Of a stretch of 64,000 bases of DNA, positions 50,378-59,368 are shown in pieces (the first letter of the stretch is position 1; every line of letters begins with the position of its first letter). This stretch comes from a virus, in the IMG/VR virus record IMGVR_UViG_3300037116_000097. One strand, given 5' to 3'. The notes beneath the pieces were generated by a model. The model did not search any database. It had not been told where the DNA came from and saw nothing but the letters and a program-made list of their open reading frames with translations. The position numbers were made by a program, and so were the translations under genes.

Positions 50378-51338
50378 TTACCAGATTCTCTTGAAGTCGC
50401 GCACCATCAGCTTCGCGGCCTTCATGAGCGCGTCGGCTCCGCTGCCCGTACTGACACCCGCTGGCGAGATGGTCTGCGGCGTCGTGGCCGTAGCGCCCCT
50501 CGTAAGGGCCTGCGCGACACCGAAAAGTATCGATGCCCACTGCAGTTGTCCCGGAAGTGCACTAAATATGATCCCGGTCGAGTGCGGCCAGGTGAGCGCC
50601 GTGGCGAGCGTCAGCGTCCCCGGTCCCTGCGCGGCTGATGCCGTGAGAACCGTGGCGGTCTCCTGGTAGCCCCCGCCTTCGGGGTCGTAGATGGTCCCTG
50701 ACGCCCCCTGGGCGGCTCCTGCGGGCGGTCCCCACCCGGTGCAGTCGTCAACTGCGATCGTGGTTGCGCCGGCAATGGAAGCAGCAGTGAGGGAGCAGTG
50801 GGGCCAGCCGTTGACGTACTGGGTCTGGAGGAAGTAGCCGCCGCGCCCGTTCCAGGTGCTCACGTAGCCGCCGCCGAGGGTGACCGACTGCCCGAACTCG
50901 CCCGCGTCGGCGGGCAGTCCCGTGGCATACGCACTCAATGGAGGCGAATCGACCACGTACATATTGGCCGGGATCGTCGTCCACTGAAGCGGCGGGATGG
51001 CGGGAGCGCACTGGCCGCCGAGGATGGACAGGATCGGGCTGCGCGCCAGGATGAGCGTGGCGTTCCCGATGCTGTCGATCTGGAAGCGGGTAGTTCCGGG
51101 GCCCTTGAGCTGCTCGGTCGTGATCGTGGCGCGGAGGATCTGGCCGGCCGCCGTATCGGTAAATCCCGTAGCTCGCTGGCAGATATTAAACTGTTCAGCT
51201 AGCTGTTGTGCCGATGTTGACTGTCTTGTCGGAATTGTGCTCCAGGAGACCGGGTAAAATGCCTGTCGCGGCAGAAGTCAGGATAGCTGGGTTGATATAG
51301 GGCGTTGGCGTCTGATACGGGGTGGGCATTTTCGACAT
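50378..51338 (-). CDS. head-to-tail adaptor protein, reading frame broken (+1) near T4 run 51259-51256
   Basis: Frame A MSKMPTPYQTPTPYINPAILTSAATGI.. stops at 51195; frame B ..VSWSTIPTRQSTSAQQLAEQFNICQRATGF.. has no start until 50962 but is coding-like. Confidence 0.55.
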
Positions 51339-51392
51339 CACCTCCCCGCGAGCATCCGGGCGCTCTCGGCGCGATGGTGGCAGGCTGCGGGG

Positions 51393-51587
51393 ATGAGCTG
51401 CTGTGATGACGAGGAAGATCCGCCGAGCGTCCGCCACCTGATCCACGACATGTCCTCGTACTGGATCGACCAGGGCAAGCCGGTGTACGTCAGCGTCGGC
51501 AGTGATGTGTTCCTGGTGACCGGCATCACGAGCACGGCGCGCGGGCAGTCGTTCAATCTGCGGCCTGTCGATTGGCCGACGGGATGA
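51393..51587 (+). CDS. hypothetical protein (64 aa)
   Basis: GC3-rich, divergent from adaptor gene. Confidence 0.4.
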   Translation: MSCCDDEEDPPSVRHLIHDMSSYWIDQGKPVYVSVGSDVFLVTGITSTARGQSFNLRPVDWPTG

Positions 51588-51793
51588 GCGAGGACACCCG
51601 AGCGCAGGACTCAGCCGGGCACATGGACGACCCGTCGTGGGGAGTCTGCGCCCGCTGCATGGAGCTAGGCCCGTGGATGCCGTTCTTCCAGGGCTACCTG
51701 TGCCCCTCGTGCGTGCGGTGGTATCAGGAGGAGCTAGAGGCGGGGCGGTGGCCGTTCACCGCTGCCTTCGACGGCGCTAGTCCCGCCCTATGA
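51584..51793 (+). CDS. small zinc-binding-like protein (69 aa)
   Basis: ATGA overlap at 51584; CARC ... CPSC. Confidence 0.4.
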   Translation: MSEDTRAQDSAGHMDDPSWGVCARCMELGPWMPFFQGYLCPSCVRWYQEELEAGRWPFTAAFDGASPAL

Positions 51794-51977
51794 CCGTCAG
51801 GTCGAAGGACTTAGCGCAGACGTAGCAGACATGCTCCCGGCCCACGGTGTCCCACCTGACATGCCTTTCGCAGACCGGCTCGCCGCATCTCGCGCACTGG
51901 GCTACGGGCTGGGCGGCGCGGGCCTGACTTCCCCGCCGCCGCCCTCCGCAACGTCCGCACAGTCCGCCCCTCGCCAT
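51777..51977 (-). CDS. small zinc-ribbon protein (66 aa)
   Basis: AGGAG RBS; CGRCG, CARCGEPVC, CYVC. Confidence 0.5.
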   Translation of the reverse strand: MARGGLCGRCGGRRRGSQARAAQPVAQCARCGEPVCERHVRWDTVGREHVCYVCAKSFDLTVIGRD

Positions 51978-51983
51978 GCGCTC

Positions 51984-52226
51984 CTAGTAACCGCTCGCGA
52001 CGCCGAGATGGCCCGTCGTGTGCGGGACGAAGCCCGGCATGCCCAGGGTGCGGCAGTAGAAGCCGCTCGGGAGCGCGACGGTGATGGCCGCCAGCGGCGA
52101 ATGGGCGTCGCAGGACAGGTGGTCGGTGCCGAAGCTGCTGCCCCAGGCGACGGTGGCCGGCTCCTGGCAGGTCTCGCAATTCAGCTCAGGGATGCTGTAC
52201 GGCACATGGCTGATGACGTGAGCCAT
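51984..52226 (-). CDS. hypothetical protein (80 aa)
   Basis: TGATG coupling to upstream gene. Confidence 0.45.
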   Translation of the reverse strand: MAHVISHVPYSIPELNCETCQEPATVAWGSSFGTDHLSCDAHSPLAAITVALPSGFYCRTLGMPGFVPHTTGHLGVASGY

Positions 52227-52867
52227 CAGGCCGCCACCTTCCCGGCAGCCCGGATACGGCCGATCAGGGCAGCCCTGTCACCGTGCGCCGGCAGTCCCAG
52301 CCGCTTCGCCTCGGCGCGCAGGTCGTCAGCACGCCAGTCCTTGAGCGGCTTCGGGCGTCCTGCTGCCTTCGGGGCCGCTGCGGGCCGCTGCGGGCCGCTC
52401 AGCGCCGCCTGGGAGGCATCAGGGACAACGGCACCGGGGAGGGAGCCCATCGGGGAGCCGCACTCCCCGCAGAACTTCACGCCCGCCGCGTTCGGGTGGC
52501 CCGCGGTGCACTGGACTGCGCCTGCCTGCGCTAGCCCCAGGAGGGGCGCCAGGGCTGCGGCGAGGGCCGGGCCGAGTGCGCCCGCCAGGTTGCCGGGGAG
52601 ATTCCCGAGGGCCTTCTCCTGTTCGGCGGAGGCGTTCTTCTCGCGGCGCTCGCGCTCGATCTTCTCGTCGTAAGTCTCGGGGATCTCCTGGATGGTGCCG
52701 GACCAGCCGTCATCGTGACGCAGGTGGTCCTCGCACTGAGGGCAGGTCAGTGCCCAGAGCTTGACGGGCGCGCCGTTCTCAACGGGTCGGACATGGCTGG
52801 AGCCGCATCCTCCGTGAGCCCGGCTCAGGCCGACGTACACCCTGTCAGCCGCAGCGTAAACGGTCAT
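52226..52867 (-). CDS. zinc-ribbon + SAP-like domain protein (213 aa)
   Basis: CPQCEDH, CTAGH..FCGECGSPM, C-terminal LRAEAKRLGLPAHGDRAALIGRI. Confidence 0.5.
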   Translation of the reverse strand: MTVYAAADRVYVGLSRAHGGCGSSHVRPVENGAPVKLWALTCPQCEDHLRHDDGWSGTIQEIPETYDEKIERERREKNASAEQEKALGNLPGNLAGALGPALAAALAPLLGLAQAGAVQCTAGHPNAAGVKFCGECGSPMGSLPGAVVPDASQAALSGPQRPAAAPKAAGRPKPLKDWRADDLRAEAKRLGLPAHGDRAALIGRIRAAGKVAA

Positions 52868-52905
52868 GGGAACGGGATTCCTTTCGGTGGTGGGACGATG
52901 GACGG

Positions 52906-53160
52906 ATGAGCGAGCATCGTGAACTGGTCGGGCGCCTGTACAAGCCAGACCTGAGTTTGAGAATCCCCAACGATGACCCGCGCTGTCACTGCGCGCTAGA
53001 GCCGGATCTTCCCGTCGCTGAGGGCGTAACGGTCATCGGCATCGCGGAGGGGCGCGTTGCGCTGCACGCCGACTGCCCGCATCACGGGCCTGTTGCCCGG
53101 CGGATGAACCAGTCGGTGCTGCGCGGCGGTTTCAGCGTCGGCCCTACTCAGGCTCCGTAG
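52906..53160 (+). CDS. hypothetical protein (84 aa)
   Basis: Moderately GC3-rich + strand ORF, tail-to-tail 17-nt overlap with next gene. Confidence 0.35.
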   Translation: MSEHRELVGRLYKPDLSLRIPNDDPRCHCALEPDLPVAEGVTVIGIAEGRVALHADCPHHGPVARRMNQSVLRGGFSVGPTQAP

Positions 53161-53422
53161 GCGAGCCGCACTTAGGGCAGTCGAGACTCCAGACCTGCCA
53201 GCGCCGCCCCCCGCAGGGCACGCACACCCGCCCCTTCCTGGTGCCGATCACGGTCCCCGGATCAACGGTGATCATCCCGATGGACGTGTGAGCGGACTGC
53301 CGGAGCCTCGCGGCGTGCTCGTCGGAGACCTCAACGGAGGTACCGGGCTTCGCGTCGTAGCGGGAGCCATCTGCGCTCGTAAATCCGCCGCAACCAGGCG
53401 GAAGCTGTATCTTCTTGGACAT
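53144..53422 (-). CDS. small zinc-ribbon protein (92 aa)
   Basis: GAGAGGGG RBS before ATG 53422; CVPCGG...CPKCG; longer track ORF 53144-53761 is antisense read-through. Confidence 0.5.
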   Translation of the reverse strand: MSKKIQLPPGCGGFTSADGSRYDAKPGTSVEVSDEHAARLRQSAHTSIGMITVDPGTVIGTRKGRVCVPCGGRRWQVWSLDCPKCGSPTEPE

Positions 53423-53433
53423 CGCCGCCCCTC

Positions 53434-54111
53434 TCAGGTGATGTAGTTGGTGCGGCCGGTGCGCTTGTGGTCCCAGTAGTGGACTGCCACGGCGCCGGGC
53501 GGGGGAACCCACGAGGGTGTCAGCAGCCCCAGCTCGGTGGAGTGCACCGGGTTGAACGTCTCGCGGGGGAAGGCGTGCAGGACACCCGGACGGGCTGCCA
53601 TCGCCTCGCCCATCAGCGCGTTCCCGGTCGCGTCGGGGATGATGCCGTTGCCCTCGGCCTTCATCCGCCAGTACCGCGCTGGCAGGAGGCCGGTGACCAC
53701 GGACTCCCAGAACGGGTGCCCGGCCGGCCCGCCGAACGCGGCGTTGACGACCCCGCGCCACTCCTCATCGCTCTCCCACGACGCCCACGGCTGCCGGGTA
53801 AGGACATCGCCGAGGAGGGACAGCGGGCGCAGGGGCCGGATGTCGCAGTTGACGTAGGTGCCGCCGAACCTGTTCACCAGGTCGTAGGCGATCACGTCCG
53901 CGAGCGCGACGGCCATCTCGATCGAGCCGCCCTTGGTGCAGCGGCCCCGGATGTCCTCCAGCACGTCCTCGTTAGCGAGATCCTCGGGCAGGTTGTGCCA
54001 GCCCCACTCGATGACCTTCGCGCCGGGGTTGAGTTCCTGCCATTTCTTCCCGAAGCCGCGGAACGGCGCCGGCATGGGCCGGGGGCCGAGCCACATGCGG
54101 TGAATCAGCAC
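53434..54111 (-). CDS. glycosyltransferase, GT32/OCH1-like (DXD sugar transferase)
   Basis: IHRMWLGP..P, LADVIAYDLVNRFGGTYVNCDI pattern. Confidence 0.65.
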   Translation of the reverse strand: MLIHRMWLGPRPMPAPFRGFGKKWQELNPGAKVIEWGWHNLPEDLANEDVLEDIRGRCTKGGSIEMAVALADVIAYDLVNRFGGTYVNCDIRPLRPLSLLGDVLTRQPWASWESDEEWRGVVNAAFGGPAGHPFWESVVTGLLPARYWRMKAEGNGIIPDATGNALMGEAMAARPGVLHAFPRETFNPVHSTELGLLTPSWVPPPGAVAVHYWDHKRTGRTNYIT

Positions 54112-54992
54112 CCGGCCAGCTCCCGGTAGTGCGCGACCGTCCGGGCGAGCCCGTCCTCGAGCGGGACCGCTCCCGGCAGCCCGGCTTTCGCGAGCACGAC
54201 GCTGCCGGGTGTCTCGCCGGGCCGCATCGGCAGGAAATCCACCGTGGCCGTGATCCCCGTCTGCCGCTGCACCTCAGCGCGGGTCAGCCACGCTACCTGC
54301 GCAACCGTCGTCGCCCGCCCGGTGCCGGCTTCCAGCGGCTCATCCGGCACATCCCCGGCGGCCAGGCCCTCCAGCGCGGTCACGAGCGCCCCGGAGACAT
54401 CGGTCACGTAGACCATGTCCATCACCTGGGAGCCGTCGCCGTAGACCTCTACAGGCTCGCCGTGCAGTGCCCGCATGATGAACGACGGGATGATCTTCCG
54501 CACCCTCGACGTGCCGTAAGGCGCGGCGACCGACTGGCCCGGCCCGTAGGCGTTGAAGGCCCGCACCGACGCGACCGGCAGGCCCCGGTACCGCCGGTAC
54601 ATCCCCGCGAACCGCTCCGCCGCGTTCTTCGTCACCGAGTAGGTGGAGAACTCGAACCAGTTCCCGACCGCGATGTTCACCAGCGGCACCCCGTACTGGG
54701 CGCATGCTTCCAGCACGTTCAGGGCGCCGAGGATGTTGACCTCCGCCGCCGGCCTCGGGTTCGTGATCGTCTCCGCCGTGCCGAGGACGCCGGCAAGGTG
54801 GATGACGCCCTCGCAGTGCGCGACCGCCTCCGTGACCGCCGTCGCGTCCCGGACATCGCCGAGGATCACGTCATGCGCGCAGTCGCGGTCCCGCAGCCGG
54901 TCAAGGACCAGCGGGGAATGACCTGCTGCTATCAGGGCGTCACACGTATTCCGGCCGATGAATCCCGCGCCCCCGCTGACCATTACCCTCAT
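54105..54992 (-). CDS. NAD-dependent sugar epimerase/dehydratase (SDR)
   Basis: MRVMVSGGAGFIGRN Rossmann motif; YSVTK catalytic YxxxK. Confidence 0.85.
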   Translation of the reverse strand: MRVMVSGGAGFIGRNTCDALIAAGHSPLVLDRLRDRDCAHDVILGDVRDATAVTEAVAHCEGVIHLAGVLGTAETITNPRPAAEVNILGALNVLEACAQYGVPLVNIAVGNWFEFSTYSVTKNAAERFAGMYRRYRGLPVASVRAFNAYGPGQSVAAPYGTSRVRKIIPSFIMRALHGEPVEVYGDGSQVMDMVYVTDVSGALVTALEGLAAGDVPDEPLEAGTGRATTVAQVAWLTRAEVQRQTGITATVDFLPMRPGETPGSVVLAKAGLPGAVPLEDGLARTVAHYRELAGC

Positions 54993-56116
54993 GCGGTGAT
55001 CCTCGCTTCCAGCTCGGCGAGAGCCGGGGCCCAGTGCTCCTTCAGCACCCGGTCAGCGTCGTACTGCGCGGCGAAGGGGACGCACTTAGCCCGCCTGGCC
55101 TCGTAGACCTTCCCCCGCAGGTACGCCTGCTCATACGCCCGGTGGATGGCGGCGATCGACGGGCGGGTCCAGCAGGCGTTGTGGACCGGGTTCCAGAACG
55201 GCTCCCCGGCGACTTTCCACCCGCCGCCGCACATCTCCGCCATCGCCCCGGCATCCGTGACCACAACCGGAATCCCGCAGCTCTGAGCCTCTAGCGCAGT
55301 GATCCCGAAGCCCTCGCCGAAACTGGCCTGCGAGTACAGGTCAAGTGCCCCGTACCAGTTCGCCACCTGCTGGCTGGTGATCATCCCGGTCAGGTACTCG
55401 TACTGCCCGCAGAACTTCACCGCGTCCTGGATGCCCAGGTGGTGCGTCACCTTCGACAAGTCCACTGAGCCCACCTCGTGGACCAGCCCGTGGATCAGCA
55501 GCAGCGTGTCCGGGTGCGCCGCGTGCAGCCTCGCGAACGCCGCCAGCTGCTCGTACATGCCTTTACGGAAGCTGTCCTTGTTGTTCGCGTTGATGCCGAT
55601 CGTGAACTTCCCGGCGGCCCCCAGGATCTCCCTGGTCTCCTCCCGGATCGGCGACGGCGAGAACAGGGCCGTATCGATCCCGTGGGGCACGTAGAGCGGC
55701 GAGTATCCCGCTGCCCTGAGCCGTGCCTCCCCGGCGCGTGACATCGCGATCGGGATGGCCCCCGAGGCGTCCAGGAACGTCCTGTCGGCGCTCGACAGCG
55801 GCTCGGAGTCCGAGGGCATCCAGCAGGCCAGGGGCTGGCCTTTCAGCGGCGCCGGGTCCAGCACCCACACGTCCATCAGGGTGATGATCAGGTCCGCCCC
55901 GTGCCGTGCCCGGTGCTGCGGCAGGATCCCGGCGCCGTACGGGTCGCCGGGGAACGCGCCGGGCAGGACCGTGATCCCGTTCCACGCCAGCGGCGACCCG
56001 CCGAGGCCGTGGAACGCGGAGATGACTACCTCATGGCCGAGCTGCGGCAGGCGGGTCGCAAGCATGGCGGTTTGCGTACCATATCCTGAGCGTTCCCATG
56101 GAGCATTTGATCCCAA
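54989..56116 (-). CDS. GT-B glycosyltransferase family 1 (GT4-like)
   Basis: C-terminal GEGFGITALEAQSCGIPVVVTD motif; N-terminal start (TTG 56116) uncertain. Confidence 0.8.
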   Translation of the reverse strand: MGSNAPWERSGYGTQTAMLATRLPQLGHEVVISAFHGLGGSPLAWNGITVLPGAFPGDPYGAGILPQHRARHGADLIITLMDVWVLDPAPLKGQPLACWMPSDSEPLSSADRTFLDASGAIPIAMSRAGEARLRAAGYSPLYVPHGIDTALFSPSPIREETREILGAAGKFTIGINANNKDSFRKGMYEQLAAFARLHAAHPDTLLLIHGLVHEVGSVDLSKVTHHLGIQDAVKFCGQYEYLTGMITSQQVANWYGALDLYSQASFGEGFGITALEAQSCGIPVVVTDAGAMAEMCGGGWKVAGEPFWNPVHNACWTRPSIAAIHRAYEQAYLRGKVYEARRAKCVPFAAQYDADRVLKEHWAPALAELEARITA

Positions 56117-56147
56117 AATGACCTTTATCGGGCCACCCCCGCCCGGG

Positions 56148-56618
56148 TCATGCCGCGACCACGAAATACTGCACGTTGACGGTCTGGGTCGGCGCGACCG
56201 ACCCCGAGTTGCTGACCGTGAACCCCGTAGTCGCCAGCGCGGTTGCCTCCACCGTGGTCACGCTCGCCACGGATCCGGTCGTGTTGGTGGCCGTCGCGAA
56301 CACCGCCACCGGGGCAGCCGGCAGCGCAGTCCCGAACGCCACGGTGGCGATCGTCCCCGCCGCGACCCCCGAGGAGTCGACCGTGAGCAGGAAGTTCCCG
56401 CCCATGTCATGGCCCTTCGGCACCGACGCCACGCAGTGCGTGACCCCCGTGATCGTCGGCAGCGCCCCCCCGCCGTTGAGCGCGACGGCAGTAAGGCCGC
56501 CCGCCCCGTGGACGTTCAGGGAGCCGCCCTGCTCGCTGATGATCACGGCACCCGAGAACGTCACGTTCGCGGTTTCGCTCTTGGTCCCCGGTGCGAGGTT
56601 CTTTCCGGCTAGCGACAT
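56148..56618 (-). CDS. hypothetical structural protein (156 aa)
   Basis: GGAG RBS; beta-rich Thr/Ala/Val/Gly sequence downstream of capsid gene. Confidence 0.5.
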   Translation of the reverse strand: MSLAGKNLAPGTKSETANVTFSGAVIISEQGGSLNVHGAGGLTAVALNGGGALPTITGVTHCVASVPKGHDMGGNFLLTVDSSGVAAGTIATVAFGTALPAAPVAVFATATNTTGSVASVTTVEATALATTGFTVSNSGSVAPTQTVNVQYFVVAA

Positions 56619-56723
56619 GCATCTCCAATGCTTCCGGGACTCACCCGGCAGGGAAAAGGCGAACAGGGATGAGGGGCCGCGGCCCCGGCGGGAGCTGAGT
56701 ACCGCCGGGAACCGCGAGCCCGG

Positions 56724-57008
56724 TCAGACGACTGACTCCACGGTCGCCAGCCCGCCCAGGGCCTGCGACGTCTTGGCCGTGTTGCAGATCGCGTAGATGC
56801 TGATCTCCTGCCCCTGCAGCGTCACCTGGTCGCCCGCCGCCACCAGCAGCCCCGTGGCGTAGGTGACCGAGGACGTCCCCAGGGCGAACGTGTTAGGTCC
56901 CTGGTTGATGACGGTGGGGTTGACCTGCAGCCCCCCCGAGGTGGCCGTGTAGACGAGCGTGGCGACGGTGCTGACGGTGGTTGCGGATCCGGGCCCGAAG
57001 AGAGCCAT
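56724..57008 (-). CDS. hypothetical structural protein (94 aa), decoration candidate
   Basis: AGGAGG RBS before ATG 57008; track ORF extends to 57119. Confidence 0.5.
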   Translation of the reverse strand: MALFGPGSATTVSTVATLVYTATSGGLQVNPTVINQGPNTFALGTSSVTYATGLLVAAGDQVTLQGQEISIYAICNTAKTSQALGGLATVESVV

Positions 57009-57175
57009 GCGCCTCCTGTTAGTGGTGACTGGCGGCATGGCCGCCCTGTTGCGGGTAGTGCGGGAAGTTGGGGAGCGATGCGCGGGCCGGGCGCCCTTGC
57101 TGAGCACCCGGCCCGGCACCGCTGTGAGACTCTGGCTACCCTGCCTGTCCTAATCGGACATAACAGGATGAATGC

Positions 57176-58335
57176 TCAGGAATAAGGCGTAACGTCACTA
57201 ACCTGGAGTCCCTGGAGCAAACCGGAGAAGAACGGTGCGTTCGCGATCAATGCCCCATACCAGAAGATGCTGAACCTAAAGGTCGCATCTATGACAGGCC
57301 AGGCGATACTGGCGTAATCTTGCACCATTCGGGCTTCCCAGGCATTGCTGATCTGGGAGTAGGTCATCGGCGGCTGGTAGGTCATGAAGGCCGCCGTGCC
57401 CTGCGTGAACCAGGGGTGGACGACCAGCTTGAGGATGGAGCGGGTGATCGGGTTCTGGAACTCGCTGACGGCGCCGCCGACGCGCATTCCCCCGACATCC
57501 TGCTGCTCCAGGAACAGGCGGTAGTTCGTCGCCGTCCCCGCCGAGATCACGTCGTTGGACAGGCGCATGATGTCGCCGCCGTCGCCGACGATCTCCTGCG
57601 GGTCCGCCTTGAACGCGCCCGGACTCGTGGTGTTGGACTCCCACAAGGCGTCCAGCGCCGTGTAGATGGCGTTGTAGGACAGGTGGGTGCCCACGGACTG
57701 GTTGACGTAGCCGCCCTGCCAGCCCGCCGGGTAGACCCCGGCTGCGGCAGACGCGCCGGAAAGCGTCGGGATGACGCCCTCCATCCGGGTGTTCTTCCCG
57801 GTGCCGGTGTCAGTCGCCGGCGGGACAACGGCGCTCGGCAGGGACGCGAAGCCCTGGAGGGTGTACTTCGTTCCGCCGACGCCCGATGCCAGCAGGTAGT
57901 AGCTGGTAGCGGACGTGTAGCCGTAGATGCTGTACGTCATCGCGCCCGCGGACGGGGCGATCGTGACATCCACGACCTGGCCGGAAGCCACGGCGAACGT
58001 GGACGACGCGGCCGAGACGGCGGTGGAGCCGAAGTAGTTGGTCGCGGCCACCTTGACCGCGGTGAGGTTGGTGTTGAGCGCCGTCTCGTTGGAGCCGGCG
58101 GTGCGGACGGCGCAGGTCGGTGCTGCGGGAACGGCCAGCGGAGCCGAGGTTCCGGCGATGAACTGGTACTCCTCGCCGAGCATGGCCTCCTGAAGCATGA
58201 TCAGGTTGGCCAGGCCGGCAATGTCCTCGAAGCCCTGCCCTGCGAACTGCGCGAGCCACGAAAGCTGCTCGCTGATGCCGAAGAAGCGGTACGGAACATT
58301 CCAGTCGTTGTTACTCGCCGCCAGAGGCGGCGGGG
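57176..58335 (-). CDS. major capsid protein, exon 2 (boundary approximate)
   Basis: Frame open back to 58348, well upstream of first ATG (58198); ..NNDWNVPYRFFGISEQLSWLAQFAGQGFEDIAGL.. is coding-like. Confidence 0.6.
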
Positions 58336-59368
58336 CTAGTCGTTTCCGCTAGCCTCCTGCGCTCTCACGCAGGCTCGGACTCGATCATGATCTGAACTTA
58401 TGCAGCGACCGGCAGGCCAAGCTTCCTGGCCATATGCTGCCGGCGCCTAGTCAGGTCCAGCTCGCCTAGCAGGCGAGCGCCCTTCCATCGATTACATGTG
58501 CTGTGTGCAGGCAGGATGTTGCCGGCAGTGTGCGTGCCGCCCCTCGCCAGCGGGATGACATGGTCGAAATCCATCGCATCGGCGGAAGGTATCTCCAGCG
58601 TGCAGATGTGACAGACCATGCCGTGCTCGGCGAGCAGGGCCTCCAGGTCCACGCGCTCGGTCCTGGTGGTCCGCTTCTGAGCTTTCCGGCGCCGGACGAA
58701 GCCCTTGTAGAGCGCGGGGCGCTTCGCGTACTTCTGCCGCCCGTAGGCGCGAACGGCGTCCGGGTCCCGGGCCATCGCGTCATCCCGGTTGCGCTTGACG
58801 ACTGCATGGAAGCAGTCGTTGCAGGTCCGGGCAAGCCAGACGCGATCGCCGGTCTTGTTCGGCGCCGGCCGGAAGAACTCGATGGTTAGCGGCTTCGGCT
58901 CTCCGCAGTCCCGGCAAACCCGAAACAGTTCGGGCGGTGCCTGGCAGGCGAGAGAGCAGAACCGGCGCCCCGTGTAGTCACGGAACTCCTTGCCGCATGA
59001 GCAGCGGACTATCTGGCCGCCTTTGCGGTAGGCGCTAGCGTAAGCCGTCGTCCAGGCACGGCATTTGTCACACAACCTGGCGCCGCCGCGCGGCCCCATC
59101 GTTGCTGGCTGCTTCTCGCACCTGATGCACAACACATGTTTATCGTACTAGTGTTCAGACCCCGCGTGCAGAGTCTCTGAACCTTTCCCGTGGGCGTGTT
59201 GCCTTTAGGGACTCGGCTGCTGATTGCCCCTCTGTGCTGCTTGCTTTTTGAACCATCACGCTCGGGCTTTCGCCCCACGTTGTGGTGCAAGCAGGTGGCT
59301 CGGGTATTCCAGCAATTCTCGCGGTTTGCACTCACCCGTCACCGGATGAGGTCCCAATCAGTTCAGGA
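58336..59368 (-). ncRNA. group I intron (about 1.03 kb) with internal HNH ORF
   Basis: P 59318-59303, Q 59226-59215, R 59183-59169, S 58388-58377; P1 GAGGTCT/GGACCTC with U.G; terminal G 58336; lower GC. Confidence 0.7.
58398..59135 (-). CDS. intron-encoded HNH endonuclease (245 aa)
   Basis: DFDHVIPLARGGTHTAGNILPAHSTCNRWKG HNH core; multiple CxxC N-terminal fingers. Confidence 0.8.
   Translation of the reverse strand: MLCIRCEKQPATMGPRGGARLCDKCRAWTTAYASAYRKGGQIVRCSCGKEFRDYTGRRFCSLACQAPPELFRVCRDCGEPKPLTIEFFRPAPNKTGDRVWLARTCNDCFHAVVKRNRDDAMARDPDAVRAYGRQKYAKRPALYKGFVRRRKAQKRTTRTERVDLEALLAEHGMVCHICTLEIPSADAMDFDHVIPLARGGTHTAGNILPAHSTCNRWKGARLLGELDLTRRRQHMARKLGLPVAA

Noticed and set aside
54129-55106. 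325-aa plus-strand ORF
   Set aside because: It is antisense to the epimerase gene, which has a clear GGAGFIG Rossmann motif.
57320-58339. 339-aa plus-strand ORF
   Set aside because: It is antisense to capsid exon 2 and Arg/Gly/Asp-rich, a shadow ORF.
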